This document shows positions 20,265 to 30,054 of a stretch of 55,736 nucleotides of DNA, piece by piece (position 1 is the first letter of the stretch; every line of letters starts with the position of its first letter). The stretch lies in contig JBJETY010000036.1 of assembly GCA_051883555.1 (NCBI GenBank), positions 69,671 through 125,406 of the forward strand. The letters run 5' to 3'. Source of the DNA: Christensenellales bacterium (lineage in GTDB: Bacteria; Bacillota; Clostridia; Christensenellales; CAG-917). A program made the position numbers and the translations under genes. The notes below the pieces were generated by a model. The model had not been told where the DNA came from. It was given only the letters and a program-made list of their open reading frames with translations, and did not search any database.

Positions 20265-21747
20265 GATATTAGACACAACTCTCCGCGACGGCGAACAAGC
20301 TCCCGGATTTACAATGCATCCTAAGGAGAAACTCGATATCGCTTTAAAGCTTGAAAACCTGAAAGTCGACGCAATAGAAGCGGGTTTTCCGGCAAGCTCG
20401 AAAGCCGATTTTCTCAGCGTAAAGGAAATAAGCGAAAACGTAAAGAAATCTGCTATTGCGGCTCTTGCGAGGTCAACGGTTGCCGATATAGATTGTGCTT
20501 GGGAAGCGATAAAAACGGCTCAAGCGCCTATTATCCACGCATTTATAGCCACAAGTCCTATCCATTTAAAATATAAACTGAAAATGACGGAAGACGAAGT
20601 TCTCGAGTCTATCAAATTTCATGCGGAATATGCAAAAAAGAAATCGCCGTATCTTAAATACGCCTTTGAAGACGCAACGCGTACGCCGAAAGAATTTTTA
20701 CTGAAAGCGGTACGAACGGCTGTCGAAGCGGGTGCGGACTGCATCAACATAGCCGATACCGTAGGTTATTCCACTCCTGAAGAGACTGCTGAACTTATAA
20801 AATTCCTCAAATCGGAAGTCGACGCCAAAATAAGCGTTCATTGTCACAACGATTTAGGTCTTGCAACGGCAAATACTCTTGCCGCTTTAAACGCGGGGGC
20901 GGACGAATTCGATTGCTCGATAATAGGTCTGGGCGAAAGAGCGGGAAACGCTTCTCTTGAAGAAGTGGTTATGGCAATCAAAACACGCTATCCGCAATTC
21001 GAACTCTCAACGGATACCAGACAGATTTACAGCGCGTCTAAACTTGTTTCCAGCATCGTCGGTATAAAATTGCCGCCGTTTAAAACTATCGTCGGCTCAA
21101 ACGCTTTCGCTCACGAAGCGGGGATTCACCAACACGGGGTACTTGAAAACAGAGCGACTTACGAACTTATGAACCCTGACGACATTGGCATTCCGCAAAA
21201 CAAACTGTTGCTCGGTAAACATAGCGGAAAACACGCTTTTCTTGAACTTATCGGCGAAATGGGATATTCCCTTACCGATGAAGAAACGGCTTTTTATTTC
21301 GAAAAATTCAAAGAACTTGCCGAACGTAAGAAAATCGTCACAAGGCGTGATATCGACGCATTATTAATCAATCTCTCGCGCCATGCAATAAAAAGAACGT
21401 ATTCTCTCACAGACTATGAAATTACGTCGTACAAAAATCAGGCTACGGCAGAAATTACGTTGTCCAGCGGCGATAAACAACACATTGAAAAAATGAGCGG
21501 CGACGGCCCCGTCGACGCTGCGTTTAAGGCAATAAACTCTCTTACGGGGCAGAATTTCGTTTTGCACGACTATTCAATTCATTCGGTTACCGAAGGAAAA
21601 GACGCATTGGGCGAAGCGACGGTTAAACTCGAACTCGGCGGTAAAGTTATGACCGGCAAAGGTATTTCTACCGACGTTTTGGAAGCCTCTATAATAGCTT
21701 ATTTAAATGCAGTCAATAAACTCATCGCAGACGGTGGTGATTTATGA
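20254..21747 (+). CDS. leuA: 2-isopropylmalate synthase
   Basis: ATG at 20254 with GAGG RBS; DTTLRDGEQ, HCHND, GERAGN, AFAHEAGIHQHG, GKHSG, regulatory domain GDGPVDA. Confidence 0.93.
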   Translation: MKIRILDTTLRDGEQAPGFTMHPKEKLDIALKLENLKVDAIEAGFPASSKADFLSVKEISENVKKSAIAALARSTVADIDCAWEAIKTAQAPIIHAFIATSPIHLKYKLKMTEDEVLESIKFHAEYAKKKSPYLKYAFEDATRTPKEFLLKAVRTAVEAGADCINIADTVGYSTPEETAELIKFLKSEVDAKISVHCHNDLGLATANTLAALNAGADEFDCSIIGLGERAGNASLEEVVMAIKTRYPQFELSTDTRQIYSASKLVSSIVGIKLPPFKTIVGSNAFAHEAGIHQHGVLENRATYELMNPDDIGIPQNKLLLGKHSGKHAFLELIGEMGYSLTDEETAFYFEKFKELAERKKIVTRRDIDALLINLSRHAIKRTYSLTDYEITSYKNQATAEITLSSGDKQHIEKMSGDGPVDAAFKAINSLTGQNFVLHDYSIHSVTEGKDALGEATVKLELGGKVMTGKGISTDVLEASIIAYLNAVNKLIADGGDL

Positions 21748-23285
21748 AAATCGAACTTTACGACACAACTTTAAGAGACGGAGCGGGCGGACTCGGAATA
21801 TCCTACTCTACTCAGGATAAAACGGAAATTTTTAAGTTGCTCGACGATTACGGAATAGACCTTATCGAAGGCGGCTATCCGTCTGCCAATCCTAAAGACA
21901 CCGCTTTTTTTGAGACGGAAAACTCGGATAAACTCGTGGCTTTCTGTTCGACGTGTAAAGCGGGAATAGAAGCAAATTCAGATTCCTGTCTTAAAAACAC
22001 GTTAAAACTTGCAAAAAAAACCGTATGCATTTTCGGAAAAACGTCGAAAGTCGCCGCCGAAAAAATTTTAAAGACGACGGCGGAAAACAACCTTAAAATG
22101 ATTTACGATAGCGTAAAACTTTTTACCGACAACAAAAAAAGAGTTATTTTCGACGCAGAACATTTTTTCGATAATTATAATTCCGACCGCGACTATGCCG
22201 TAAAGGCATTGAAAGCCGCTGCCGACGCAGGAGCGGATACGCTTGTTTTGTGCGATTCAAACGGCGGCACGTTTCCGTCAGTCATCGGAAACGTCACAAA
22301 AGAAATAGTTTCGCTTTTCCCACAGTGCAAAATAGGAATCCATGCACACAACGACGTCGGAATGGCGGTTGCCTGCAGCATAATGGCGGTTGAAAACGGA
22401 GCATCGCATATTCAAGGCACTTTTTTAGGATTCGGCGAAAGAAGCGGAAATGCAAACCTTGCAATAATTATTGCAAATCTTAAACTCAAAACCGATTATG
22501 AAGTAGACGTTAAACTTATCGACACAACAAAGACGGGAAGAAAAATCGCCGAGATATCAAATATAACTCTTGACAACTCTATGCCGTATATCGGTAAAAG
22601 CGCTTTTTCCCATAAAGCAGGCACTCACGCAGACGCAGCCGCAAAAGGAATGCCTTTCGAACATATAAAACCTGAACTCGTCGGAAACACAACGGACGTA
22701 TTGCTCAGCGAATTTTCCGGAAAAGCTCTTGTGATAGAAAAATTAAAAAGTCTTTTCCCTTCTTTCGACGAAGATAAAATAACCGCAAAAGACCTTCTCA
22801 AATCGTTGAAAAATCTTGAGCTGGAAGGTTATCAATTCGAAGGAGCGGACGGAAGTTTTAAGATTCTTGCCAAAAAGCTCGGCGGAAAATTTACGCCGTC
22901 TTTTGAAATTCTCGATTATAACTTTACAAGTCACAAACAGGAACAGGGAGATACGGGACTTTCAAAAGCGATAATAACGATAAACGCCAACGGCAAAACG
23001 GTTACCGTCGAAAAGGACGGAAACGGACCCGTCAACGCTTTAGACTCCGCCCTGCGTTTTGCTCTCGTTTCGCAATTCCCTAAGCTTAAAGACGTTACCC
23101 TTATCGACTACAAAGTAAGAGTCATCGACAGTAAGCGGGCAACGGGCGCAACGGTCAGAGTTCTTATAACATCAACGGACGGCGCCTCGACGTGGACGAC
23201 AGTCGGCGTTTCGACGGATATCCTCGAAGCGTCGTTAACCGCATTATGCGACAGCTTCGAATATAAATTATCGTTTCTGGACTGA
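21744..23285 (+). CDS. cimA: Citramalate synthase
   Basis: DTTLRDG, IEGGYP.ANPKD, FDAEHFFD, LCDSNGG, HAHND, YQFEGADGSF, DYKVRV, WTTVGVS: the clostridial CimA pattern; ATGA overlap with leuA. Confidence 0.88.
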   Translation: MKIELYDTTLRDGAGGLGISYSTQDKTEIFKLLDDYGIDLIEGGYPSANPKDTAFFETENSDKLVAFCSTCKAGIEANSDSCLKNTLKLAKKTVCIFGKTSKVAAEKILKTTAENNLKMIYDSVKLFTDNKKRVIFDAEHFFDNYNSDRDYAVKALKAAADAGADTLVLCDSNGGTFPSVIGNVTKEIVSLFPQCKIGIHAHNDVGMAVACSIMAVENGASHIQGTFLGFGERSGNANLAIIIANLKLKTDYEVDVKLIDTTKTGRKIAEISNITLDNSMPYIGKSAFSHKAGTHADAAAKGMPFEHIKPELVGNTTDVLLSEFSGKALVIEKLKSLFPSFDEDKITAKDLLKSLKNLELEGYQFEGADGSFKILAKKLGGKFTPSFEILDYNFTSHKQEQGDTGLSKAIITINANGKTVTVEKDGNGPVNALDSALRFALVSQFPKLKDVTLIDYKVRVIDSKRATGATVRVLITSTDGASTWTTVGVSTDILEASLTALCDSFEYKLSFLD

Positions 23286-23413
23286 GTAAAACGATTTCGC
23301 TTGTTTGTTTTATCTTTGTAAAACGACTTCACTTGTTTGTTTTATCTTTGTAAAACGACTTCACTTGTTTGTTTTATCTTTGTAAAACGACTTCGCTTGT
23401 TTGTTTTATCTTT
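23286..23413. repeat. Tandem repeat, 4 x 32 bp
   Basis: Unit GTAAAACGA(C/T)TTC(A/G)CTTGTTTGTTTTATCTTT starting at 23286, 23318, 23350 and 23382; no spacers. Confidence 0.95.
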
Positions 23414-23454
23414 TGTTTTACTTCTGTTTTATCTTAATTTATATGCTTTAAAAT

Positions 23455-23486
23455 AAAAAGCTCACAGAAAATTCTGTGAGCTTTTT
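23455..23486. terminator. Bidirectional intrinsic terminator between cimA and the Cthe_2159-like gene
   Basis: AAAAAGCTCACAGAA-AA-TTCTGTGAGCTTTTT. Confidence 0.88.
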
Positions 23487-23494
23487 GTTCGTTC

Positions 23495-25207
23495 CTACCA
23501 CGGTCTGCCCGGTTGAGCGCCGCCCATACCCGAACTGCTTCCGTAAATATAAGCGGTCAGCGTTACCGTTTTTGAAGCACTGCCGGCGGTCAGCGTGTAA
23601 CTTCCGCCCTTTTCGACGTCGGGCATAGAAATCAAAACGGATGAATAGGCCTTGCTTGCCGTCATAGAATACAAAACGTTATCCGAGCTGTCTTTAAGAC
23701 AAATTTCAGTTCCTGCACTTTGGGAAGAAACGCTAAAGAGAATACTTCCTTGAGTTGCCGTCGAAAAATTCATTGCCATGCCTGAAGACCCTATTGCAAT
23801 AAAAACGCCGCCCGATATGGTTGCAGTCCCGTCGTAATCGAACGCCCCGTTGCCGCTGTCCGTCGGTCCTTCGACTATAACCGTACCGCCCGAAACGGTT
23901 ACGCTTCCGTTTGAATCTATTCCGTCGCCGCTTGCGTTTACGTAAATATCGCCGCCCGATATAACAATCGAAGCGTCGGACGCCGTATTAAACGGATTCT
24001 GTCCCGGTCGACCTCCTATCGAGGAGCCGTCGTTTCCTCCTGCCGCATTTATTCCGTCATCGCTTGCCGCAATAGAGACTATGCCGCCCGATATAACGAC
24101 GTTTTGCGCTTCCAGACCCTCATAACTTTTTGACACGGTTACCTTGCCGCCCGAAACGATAAGGCTGCTATCTGCATGTATACCGTCGTCGCCGCTATAT
24201 AAACTAAACTCTCCGCCCGATATTTCAATTACGCCGTTACAATGTATACAGTCGTCCGCACTGTTTACGCTTATTTTCCCGCCCGATATTTTAAGACCGC
24301 TTTGAACCTTTATACCTTTTGCGGATACGTCCGACGAAACCGTTTTAGAACTGCCGCCACCAGACGTAACGTCAATTTCGCCGCCTACAATCTGCACGGT
24401 ACTGCTTGCGTCCATTCCGTCGTTAGCCGAAACAACCGTAACCGAACCGCTTTCAATATAAATATAACCTTTTTCCGCATTATCCGTATTTTCAACGTGA
24501 ATACAGTCTTTACCTGACGTAATATTTAAGTCGATTTCCGCTATCCGTACGCTGTCGTTTGCGTCAATGCCCTTCGAAGTAGCTACTACGGTAACGGTCG
24601 CCCCGGTTATTTTGACGTCGTCTTTACCTACTATTCCGTGTTTGGAACTGTTTACGTCAAGGCTTCCGTTGCCTTGCAAAACGAAATCGGCCTTTGAAAA
24701 AATAACTCCGTCCACCGAATTTTCGTCGATTGCAACAAAGTCTCCCGTTACGGAAAGCGAATTATCTCCTTCGATAACGATAAACACTTTATCTGCATTT
24801 TTAATATACAATGCGGCAAAATCATCGTTTGTAACGGTAACGGAAGAAAGCACAAGTTTAACCTTTTCGTTTTCGGCGTCGATTACTATCGTTTTGTTCG
24901 TTCCGTTGCCTTTAACTATATACGTGCCAGAAGAATTTATTGTCACCGTTCTGTCGGATATCGTAACGCCTGAGTCAGTCGCCGTTGCCGTATCGCCCGA
25001 AAGCGTTACGCAACACGCGTCGGAAGAGTCGTAAGACGCGTCCTTATCGCTATCGGTAAACATCTCGCTTCCGCTCGGAAAAGATATATCATCGATTGTC
25101 ATCGCTCCGTTTTGCGATTTGTCGCCGCTAAAATTGCAACCGCATAACGCGACCAAAGATAAAACCGTTAAAACAACAGTTATTAAAACTAATTCTTTTT
25201 TTACCAT
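23495..25207 (-). CDS. Cthe_2159-like (DUF4353) beta-helix carbohydrate/metal-binding lipoprotein
   Basis: Lipobox LCG-C; repeated S.DDGIHA / GDGIDSNG / ISGG beta-helix motifs, SYEGLEA, GAFDYDG. Confidence 0.85.
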   Translation of the reverse strand: MVKKELVLITVVLTVLSLVALCGCNFSGDKSQNGAMTIDDISFPSGSEMFTDSDKDASYDSSDACCVTLSGDTATATDSGVTISDRTVTINSSGTYIVKGNGTNKTIVIDAENEKVKLVLSSVTVTNDDFAALYIKNADKVFIVIEGDNSLSVTGDFVAIDENSVDGVIFSKADFVLQGNGSLDVNSSKHGIVGKDDVKITGATVTVVATSKGIDANDSVRIAEIDLNITSGKDCIHVENTDNAEKGYIYIESGSVTVVSANDGMDASSTVQIVGGEIDVTSGGGSSKTVSSDVSAKGIKVQSGLKISGGKISVNSADDCIHCNGVIEISGGEFSLYSGDDGIHADSSLIVSGGKVTVSKSYEGLEAQNVVISGGIVSIAASDDGINAAGGNDGSSIGGRPGQNPFNTASDASIVISGGDIYVNASGDGIDSNGSVTVSGGTVIVEGPTDSGNGAFDYDGTATISGGVFIAIGSSGMAMNFSTATQGSILFSVSSQSAGTEICLKDSSDNVLYSMTASKAYSSVLISMPDVEKGGSYTLTAGSASKTVTLTAYIYGSSSGMGGAQPGRPW

Positions 25208-25227
25208 AACCTACTCCAACGCTTTGA

Positions 25228-25908
25228 TTATAATTCGGTTTTTTCAAAATCCGCTCGTTCAATGTATATTTCAAGATTGCCGTTTCTACAACGCAGTTCG
25301 TCTATAAACTGTTTTTCCGCTTTCACGTCTTTAAGTTTTACGTTATACGTCAATCGAAACATACTGCCCATATTAACCGATTTAACCTTTATAAGCTCAT
25401 ATTCAGAAGTATAACTTTCAAGCAAATCGTCAAAAACCGTGCAATAGTCCAATCCCTCCGGAATCGTTACGCATAATCTCTTTTCCTTGTAATCCGGCTT
25501 CTTTTCCCATACCTTCAACACCGAAAGCACAATAAGTATGCCGCCTGCAATAACGGCAAATATTGCGCCGTATGCTAGATAACCCATTCCGAATGCCAGC
25601 CCCGCCGCCATTGCTATAAATATTATGCAGATTTCTTTTGCGTTCCCCGGAGCGGAACGAAAACGCACCAGCGAAAAAGCGCCTGCAACGGCTATTCCTG
25701 CTCCTATATTACCGTTTACGAGAATTATCACAACCGCAACGCTTGCAGGCAATAATGCCGTGGTTATAAAAAAGCTTTTCGACGACCTTGTTTTATAATA
25801 ACACATAAAAGCAAAAATTATTCCTACAAGCAAAGCTATTCCTACACTTAAAAAGAAATTCCCTACGTCCGTTCCGTCGGAAAATACGCTCCCAAAAAAT
25901 TTATCCAA
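25228..25908 (-). CDS. DUF4956 family membrane protein
   Basis: VNGNIGAGIAVAGAFSLVRFRSAPG and RCRNGNLEI motifs. Confidence 0.88.
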   Translation of the reverse strand: MDKFFGSVFSDGTDVGNFFLSVGIALLVGIIFAFMCYYKTRSSKSFFITTALLPASVAVVIILVNGNIGAGIAVAGAFSLVRFRSAPGNAKEICIIFIAMAAGLAFGMGYLAYGAIFAVIAGGILIVLSVLKVWEKKPDYKEKRLCVTIPEGLDYCTVFDDLLESYTSEYELIKVKSVNMGSMFRLTYNVKLKDVKAEKQFIDELRCRNGNLEIYIERADFEKTEL

Positions 25909-26593
25909 CTTTTCTCACCTCCGAAAAATATAATCCGTATTCTTTTTTATATGCTTCTCCGTATTTTGAAAATGAAGTTTTTACAATCTGTTCTTTGCTC
26001 AGAATTTTAACTAACCAGAGAGGAATTGCACTACTCGTTTTAATTTCCATCAAAACTTTTCCGCCGCCTAAAACGGGTATGCCGTCCAGACTATCCGAAA
26101 GAGTAAGCCTGTCTTTGCGATACCGTATATTTTTGTCAAACGTCAAACGCAAACCGTTATCGCCAAAATACGCCGTATGGTCGTAAAGCAAAAGCATTTT
26201 CGGACTCGGATTCTGATAAAAGGCTTTAAAATATTCGATTTCCCTTGCTATCTTACTGTCCGTCGGCAACGCTTTATCGACGTCCCCGTATTTCAGTTCG
26301 ATACGACGTTTATAAACTGCGCCCGAATATTTCTTTTTCAGCTCGAAAAATACCGTATCGTCCTTATCGGCGATTCCGTAACTCCTTAGCCGTAGCTTTT
26401 CTTTATACTCAGGTTTTTCCAACGAACGGCGTATAAGTCTGAAATCATCGGTGTCGTAATATAAGCTTTGAATCGTCGATTCTCCGTGGCTGTCTGCCGT
26501 TAAACTGCCGCTCACCGCATTTATCACCCTATAATACTGTTCCGCCGTCAATAAGTATTTCAACTCGTAACGCTTAAAAACATATATATTCAC
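25901..26593 (-). CDS. VTC (polyphosphate polymerase/CYTH-like) domain protein
   Basis: GTG at 26593 with AGGAGG RBS; RYELKY, SLYYDT, KEKLRLRSY, FELKKK, RLTFD, MEIK, FSKY. Confidence 0.88.
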   Translation of the reverse strand: MNIYVFKRYELKYLLTAEQYYRVINAVSGSLTADSHGESTIQSLYYDTDDFRLIRRSLEKPEYKEKLRLRSYGIADKDDTVFFELKKKYSGAVYKRRIELKYGDVDKALPTDSKIAREIEYFKAFYQNPSPKMLLLYDHTAYFGDNGLRLTFDKNIRYRKDRLTLSDSLDGIPVLGGGKVLMEIKTSSAIPLWLVKILSKEQIVKTSFSKYGEAYKKEYGLYFSEVRKVG

Positions 26594-26652
26594 GCAATTT
26601 TTCCTCCTTTTTAACATCATATACGGCGAAATTAAATTTAACCTAAATACCG

Positions 26653-26669
26653 CTTTAGTTTTAGTTAAA
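26653..26669 (-). promoter_or_regulatory. Candidate response-regulator binding site upstream of the VTC operon
   Basis: TTTAACTAAAACTAAAG, 16/17 identical to the motif upstream of the response regulator gene (28681-28697). Confidence 0.55.
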
Positions 26670-26695
26670 AAAAGAGTCGAAATATTTCGACTCTT
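26667..26695 (-). terminator. Intrinsic terminator after the sensor kinase gene
   Basis: AAGAGTCGAAA-TA-TTTCGACTCTT with T-tract on the minus strand. Confidence 0.78.
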
Positions 26696-26729
26696 AAACG
26701 CTTTCGTTTTTATTATCAACGCCGTTCTA

Positions 26730-27983
26730 CTATTTTACGGCGGGCAGTATTATTTCAACGCAAAAAACGTTGTCTTTCAATCCTTTTGCCGAAATTTTTC
26801 CGCCATGCAAATCGATAATGGATTTTGCAATCGACAGACCTATTCCGTTTCCCGACACGGAAGACGCTCGCGCCTCGTCCGTTCTGTAGAATCTTTCAAA
26901 ACATCTGTCAAGATTTCCTTCTTTTACGCTGTCGGCGTCGTTTTCCAGAATAAGATTTATACGCTTTCCGTCTCTCTTAGCTTTTAAAGATATATTGCTT
27001 TTTGCATACTTTGTAGCATTGTCAAAAACGATGGATAACGCTTGCCTGAGCTGTTTTTCGTCTCCGCATACAAACAAATCGGATTCGATCTGTTTGTCAA
27101 ACGTTTTTCCGCTATTCTCGATAGCCGGAATAAACAAAGCGGATATATCCGTCAAAGTTTCGGATAAAGAGAAATCCGCTTTTTGCAAAAGAGTGTCCGT
27201 TTCATCAAGTCTTGCAAGGACCGTAAGGTTTTTCACCATGGACGTCATACGCGCCACCTGCTTCGATATAACCTGCGTCGCCTGCGTTTCGCCCGTGGTA
27301 AGTTCGGTAAGTTCGTTATTAGCAGAAATAATAGTGAGCGGCGTTTTTAGCTCGTGGCTTGCGTCGGTTATAAATCGTTTTTGTTTTTCATAACTTTCTG
27401 CAATAGGTTTTACGGCACGCTTGGACAAAAGCAAAACGAGAATAAATACGGCGACAAGCCCTACGCCCGAAATCAATAAACTTGCTTCTAAAAAACTGTT
27501 GGCGGTTTGCTTTTGTTTAGCACAATCGACGAACAAAACGAAAGTTCCGTCGTCTGCCACAAGATAACGGTAAATATCGATATACCCTTTCGTTTTTCCG
27601 CCGTCAATCGCCTGTTTTGCAAGCTCCGCCGCTCTCTCGGACGATACCGCCGCTATGTTTTCTACGTCAATAGTCGTTACGCCGTCCGAATATCGCACGG
27701 TAAAATATCTGGTTTCATACGGCGTTTCTTCATTCATACCGTGAGACGGTGCGGTAGGTCTGCCGGAATCCGACTGCGAAGGCGGATCTTCTCTCTCCGT
27801 TCCGTTTGCTCTGAAAGGAGAAAAGGTGCCGCCGTTTTCATATAGCACGTTTAATAAATTATCCGCATAGGTTTGTATTTCAACGTAATTTACGATATTT
27901 AGCGCAGCCATAATTACTGCAAGTACGCCGAAAACCGAAAGCATTGCAATAAGAATAAATTTACGTTGAAGTTTTTTAAGCAT
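26730..27983 (-). CDS. Sensor histidine kinase (HisKA + HATPase_c)
   Basis: ATG at 27983 (TAATG overlap, GGAGG RBS); two TM helices; ASHELKTPL H-box, DNATKY N-box, FERFYR, GNGIGLSIA. Confidence 0.93.
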   Translation of the reverse strand: MLKKLQRKFILIAMLSVFGVLAVIMAALNIVNYVEIQTYADNLLNVLYENGGTFSPFRANGTEREDPPSQSDSGRPTAPSHGMNEETPYETRYFTVRYSDGVTTIDVENIAAVSSERAAELAKQAIDGGKTKGYIDIYRYLVADDGTFVLFVDCAKQKQTANSFLEASLLISGVGLVAVFILVLLLSKRAVKPIAESYEKQKRFITDASHELKTPLTIISANNELTELTTGETQATQVISKQVARMTSMVKNLTVLARLDETDTLLQKADFSLSETLTDISALFIPAIENSGKTFDKQIESDLFVCGDEKQLRQALSIVFDNATKYAKSNISLKAKRDGKRINLILENDADSVKEGNLDRCFERFYRTDEARASSVSGNGIGLSIAKSIIDLHGGKISAKGLKDNVFCVEIILPAVK

Positions 27984-28648
27984 TACTTTTCCTCCAGTTT
28001 GTATCCCACGCCGCGAGCGGCGACAATCGTACAATTTGCCCCTATTTCTTTCATCTTCTTTCTAAGCGAAGAAATGAAAACCCAAACGACGTTCAACTCC
28101 GCTTCCGTATCGTATTCCCATACGTTTTCCATAATTCGCTCGGTGGAAAGCAACACGTTATGGTTTCGGATAAAATATTCCATAAGAGAATATTCTTTGC
28201 CCGTAAGACGGACGCTGCCTTCTGCTTTCAATTCATACGTTTCGGGAGAAAGCGTCATATTGCCGAATTTACAAAAAAGGCTGTTCTCCCCTTTTCTGCG
28301 AGTTAAAGCGCGGACTCTTGCAAGCAGTTCCTTTATCACAAACGGCTTTGTCAGATAATCGTCGGCGCCCGAGTCCAGTCCTAATACCTTATCGTCAGTT
28401 TCCGCTTTTGCCGTAAGTATAAGTACAGGCACGCCGTTGCCGCATTCCCTTAGTTTCCTAACGACTGAAAAACCGTCGAGTTTAGGCATCATAACGTCAA
28501 GTATCACCCCGGCGTAATCGTTACGTTTTGCCAACTGCAACGCATCCTCGCCGTCGTATGCGGTATCAACGGTATATTTATTTAATTCTAAAACCTTTTT
28601 GATTGCGTCCGACAAATCGCGTTCGTCTTCTGCCAAAAGTAACTTCAT
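27983..28648 (-). CDS. OmpR/PhoB family response regulator
   Basis: LLAEDE, ILDVMMP, GADDYLTKPF, winged helix VWVFISSLRKK...RGVGY. Confidence 0.94.
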   Translation of the reverse strand: MKLLLAEDERDLSDAIKKVLELNKYTVDTAYDGEDALQLAKRNDYAGVILDVMMPKLDGFSVVRKLRECGNGVPVLILTAKAETDDKVLGLDSGADDYLTKPFVIKELLARVRALTRRKGENSLFCKFGNMTLSPETYELKAEGSVRLTGKEYSLMEYFIRNHNVLLSTERIMENVWEYDTEAELNVVWVFISSLRKKMKEIGANCTIVAARGVGYKLEEK

Positions 28649-28680
28649 ATATACACCTCTTTGTTACTTTATCGCCTTAA

Positions 28681-28697
28681 CTTTAATTTTAGTTAAA
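28681..28697 (-). promoter_or_regulatory. Candidate autoregulatory binding site upstream of the response regulator
   Basis: TTTAACTAAAATTAAAG, near-identical to 26653-26669. Confidence 0.55.
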
Positions 28698-29222
28698 TTA
28701 TAACGCAGAATATACAAATAATCAACGACTGCTTTTTTTTAAGCAATTATCTGCTTTTTAAACAATTATCTGAATATATAAACGTAATATATCTGAATAT
28801 ATAAACGCATCGATTAAACAAAAACCATTAAACAAAATATTTAATTATAGTCAAACTAAAATACAAATTACGGAAAATTATCCAACGGCTTATAAACGTT
28901 CATAAAAGTTTAAACCGTTTATAAGAATTTAAATCTTATAATTTAAACCTTATATTGTATATTTAAACATTATATTTAAACCTTATATATTTAAACTTTA
29001 TACATTAAAAACCGATAAAGAACGTCTAAGCGTTGCATTTAATCGTTAAGCTCATAACGCCGTACTAAACGTATTATTTATAAGGCTATAAAATAAGAAC
29101 GGAAAATATAACGATAATTTATGCTTAGCTATAACGAAAAATTATTTACTAAATTTAAAAAATATAATTTTTACTATAATTTACTATAAATTTAAACTAT
29201 AAAAATTTGCAAATCATTTTAT

Positions 29223-29254
29223 AAAAAAGGTTAAACCGATTTCGGTTTAACCTT
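29223..29254 (-). terminator. Intrinsic terminator after the ACP gene
   Basis: AAGGTTAAACCGA-TT-TCGGTTTAACCTT with T-tract on the minus strand. Confidence 0.82.
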
Positions 29255-29284
29255 AGTTTAACAATAAAAACGTCGAATTGCGTT

Positions 29285-29527
29285 TTATGCAGTTTTTCTT
29301 GCTATCATATCTACAACGTCCGAAACCAATCTTAAATCACTGACTTCCGAATCGTCAACGATTATGTTCCACTCCGATTCAACGTTCATAAGCATTTCGA
29401 CAAGGTCGAGAGAATCTGCTCCGAGTCCCTTTTTGATCTCCGTTTCAAGTTGCACTTCGTTTCTTTCAAGTCTGAGCTGTTCGCAAACCAAATCTCTGAG
29501 TTTTTCTAAAATTTCCGTTTTATCCAT
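29285..29527 (-). CDS. acpP: Acyl carrier protein
   Basis: 80 aa, acidic, LGADSLDLVE phosphopantetheine-Ser motif; GGAG RBS. Confidence 0.9.
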   Translation of the reverse strand: MDKTEILEKLRDLVCEQLRLERNEVQLETEIKKGLGADSLDLVEMLMNVESEWNIIVDDSEVSDLRLVSDVVDMIARKTA

Positions 29528-29529
29528 AA

Positions 29530-30054
29530 TTACTCCTTTATCTCCTGAAATCTTACTTCGTCATAGCCGCAAACGGCAAGCGAATATTCGGAAAAATAAT
29601 TTATATTCTTCACACGATACTTACTAGTATCGATGCTTCTTATTCCGGCCAGCCCGACTCCGTCGAACTTTGCGCACGCTTCGAGCTTTGTCCATTCGTC
29701 GACTCTCTCTTTAAAATTCGTTTTATTTATAAAAAGGTAGTCTGCCAACTTATCGTCGATTTTCCGTCCATAGCTCTCTACGTCCAACCCGACCTCGCTT
29801 TCGGAAAACGCAACAGCAATCAAATTTCCGCTGTGCGAAAGATTGAAGCGAACCGAACTTCCGACAAAATGAGGTTTTCCCGCTCTTTCTATCTCAACCG
29901 GAAAAATTTCTCTTCCTTTAAAATCACAGTACTTCTTATAGCAACTTAAGATAAATTCATCCGAAAGCATATTTTTATTTATATCCTTATCGGCGTCTGT
30001 TATCCTATTCTCGGGTTTTTCGTCGGTAGCTATGAATTTATAAAAGATTATCAT
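29530..30054 (-). CDS. 4'-phosphopantetheinyl transferase (short Sfp-like)
   Basis: GKPHF, FNLSHSG, VGLDVE, WTKLEACAK motifs. Confidence 0.87.
   Translation of the reverse strand: MIIFYKFIATDEKPENRITDADKDINKNMLSDEFILSCYKKYCDFKGREIFPVEIERAGKPHFVGSSVRFNLSHSGNLIAVAFSESEVGLDVESYGRKIDDKLADYLFINKTNFKERVDEWTKLEACAKFDGVGLAGIRSIDTSKYRVKNINYFSEYSLAVCGYDEVRFQEIKE

Noticed and set aside
23286-23413. CRISPR array
   Set aside because: The 32-bp units are contiguous with no unique spacers, and there are no cas genes in the window.
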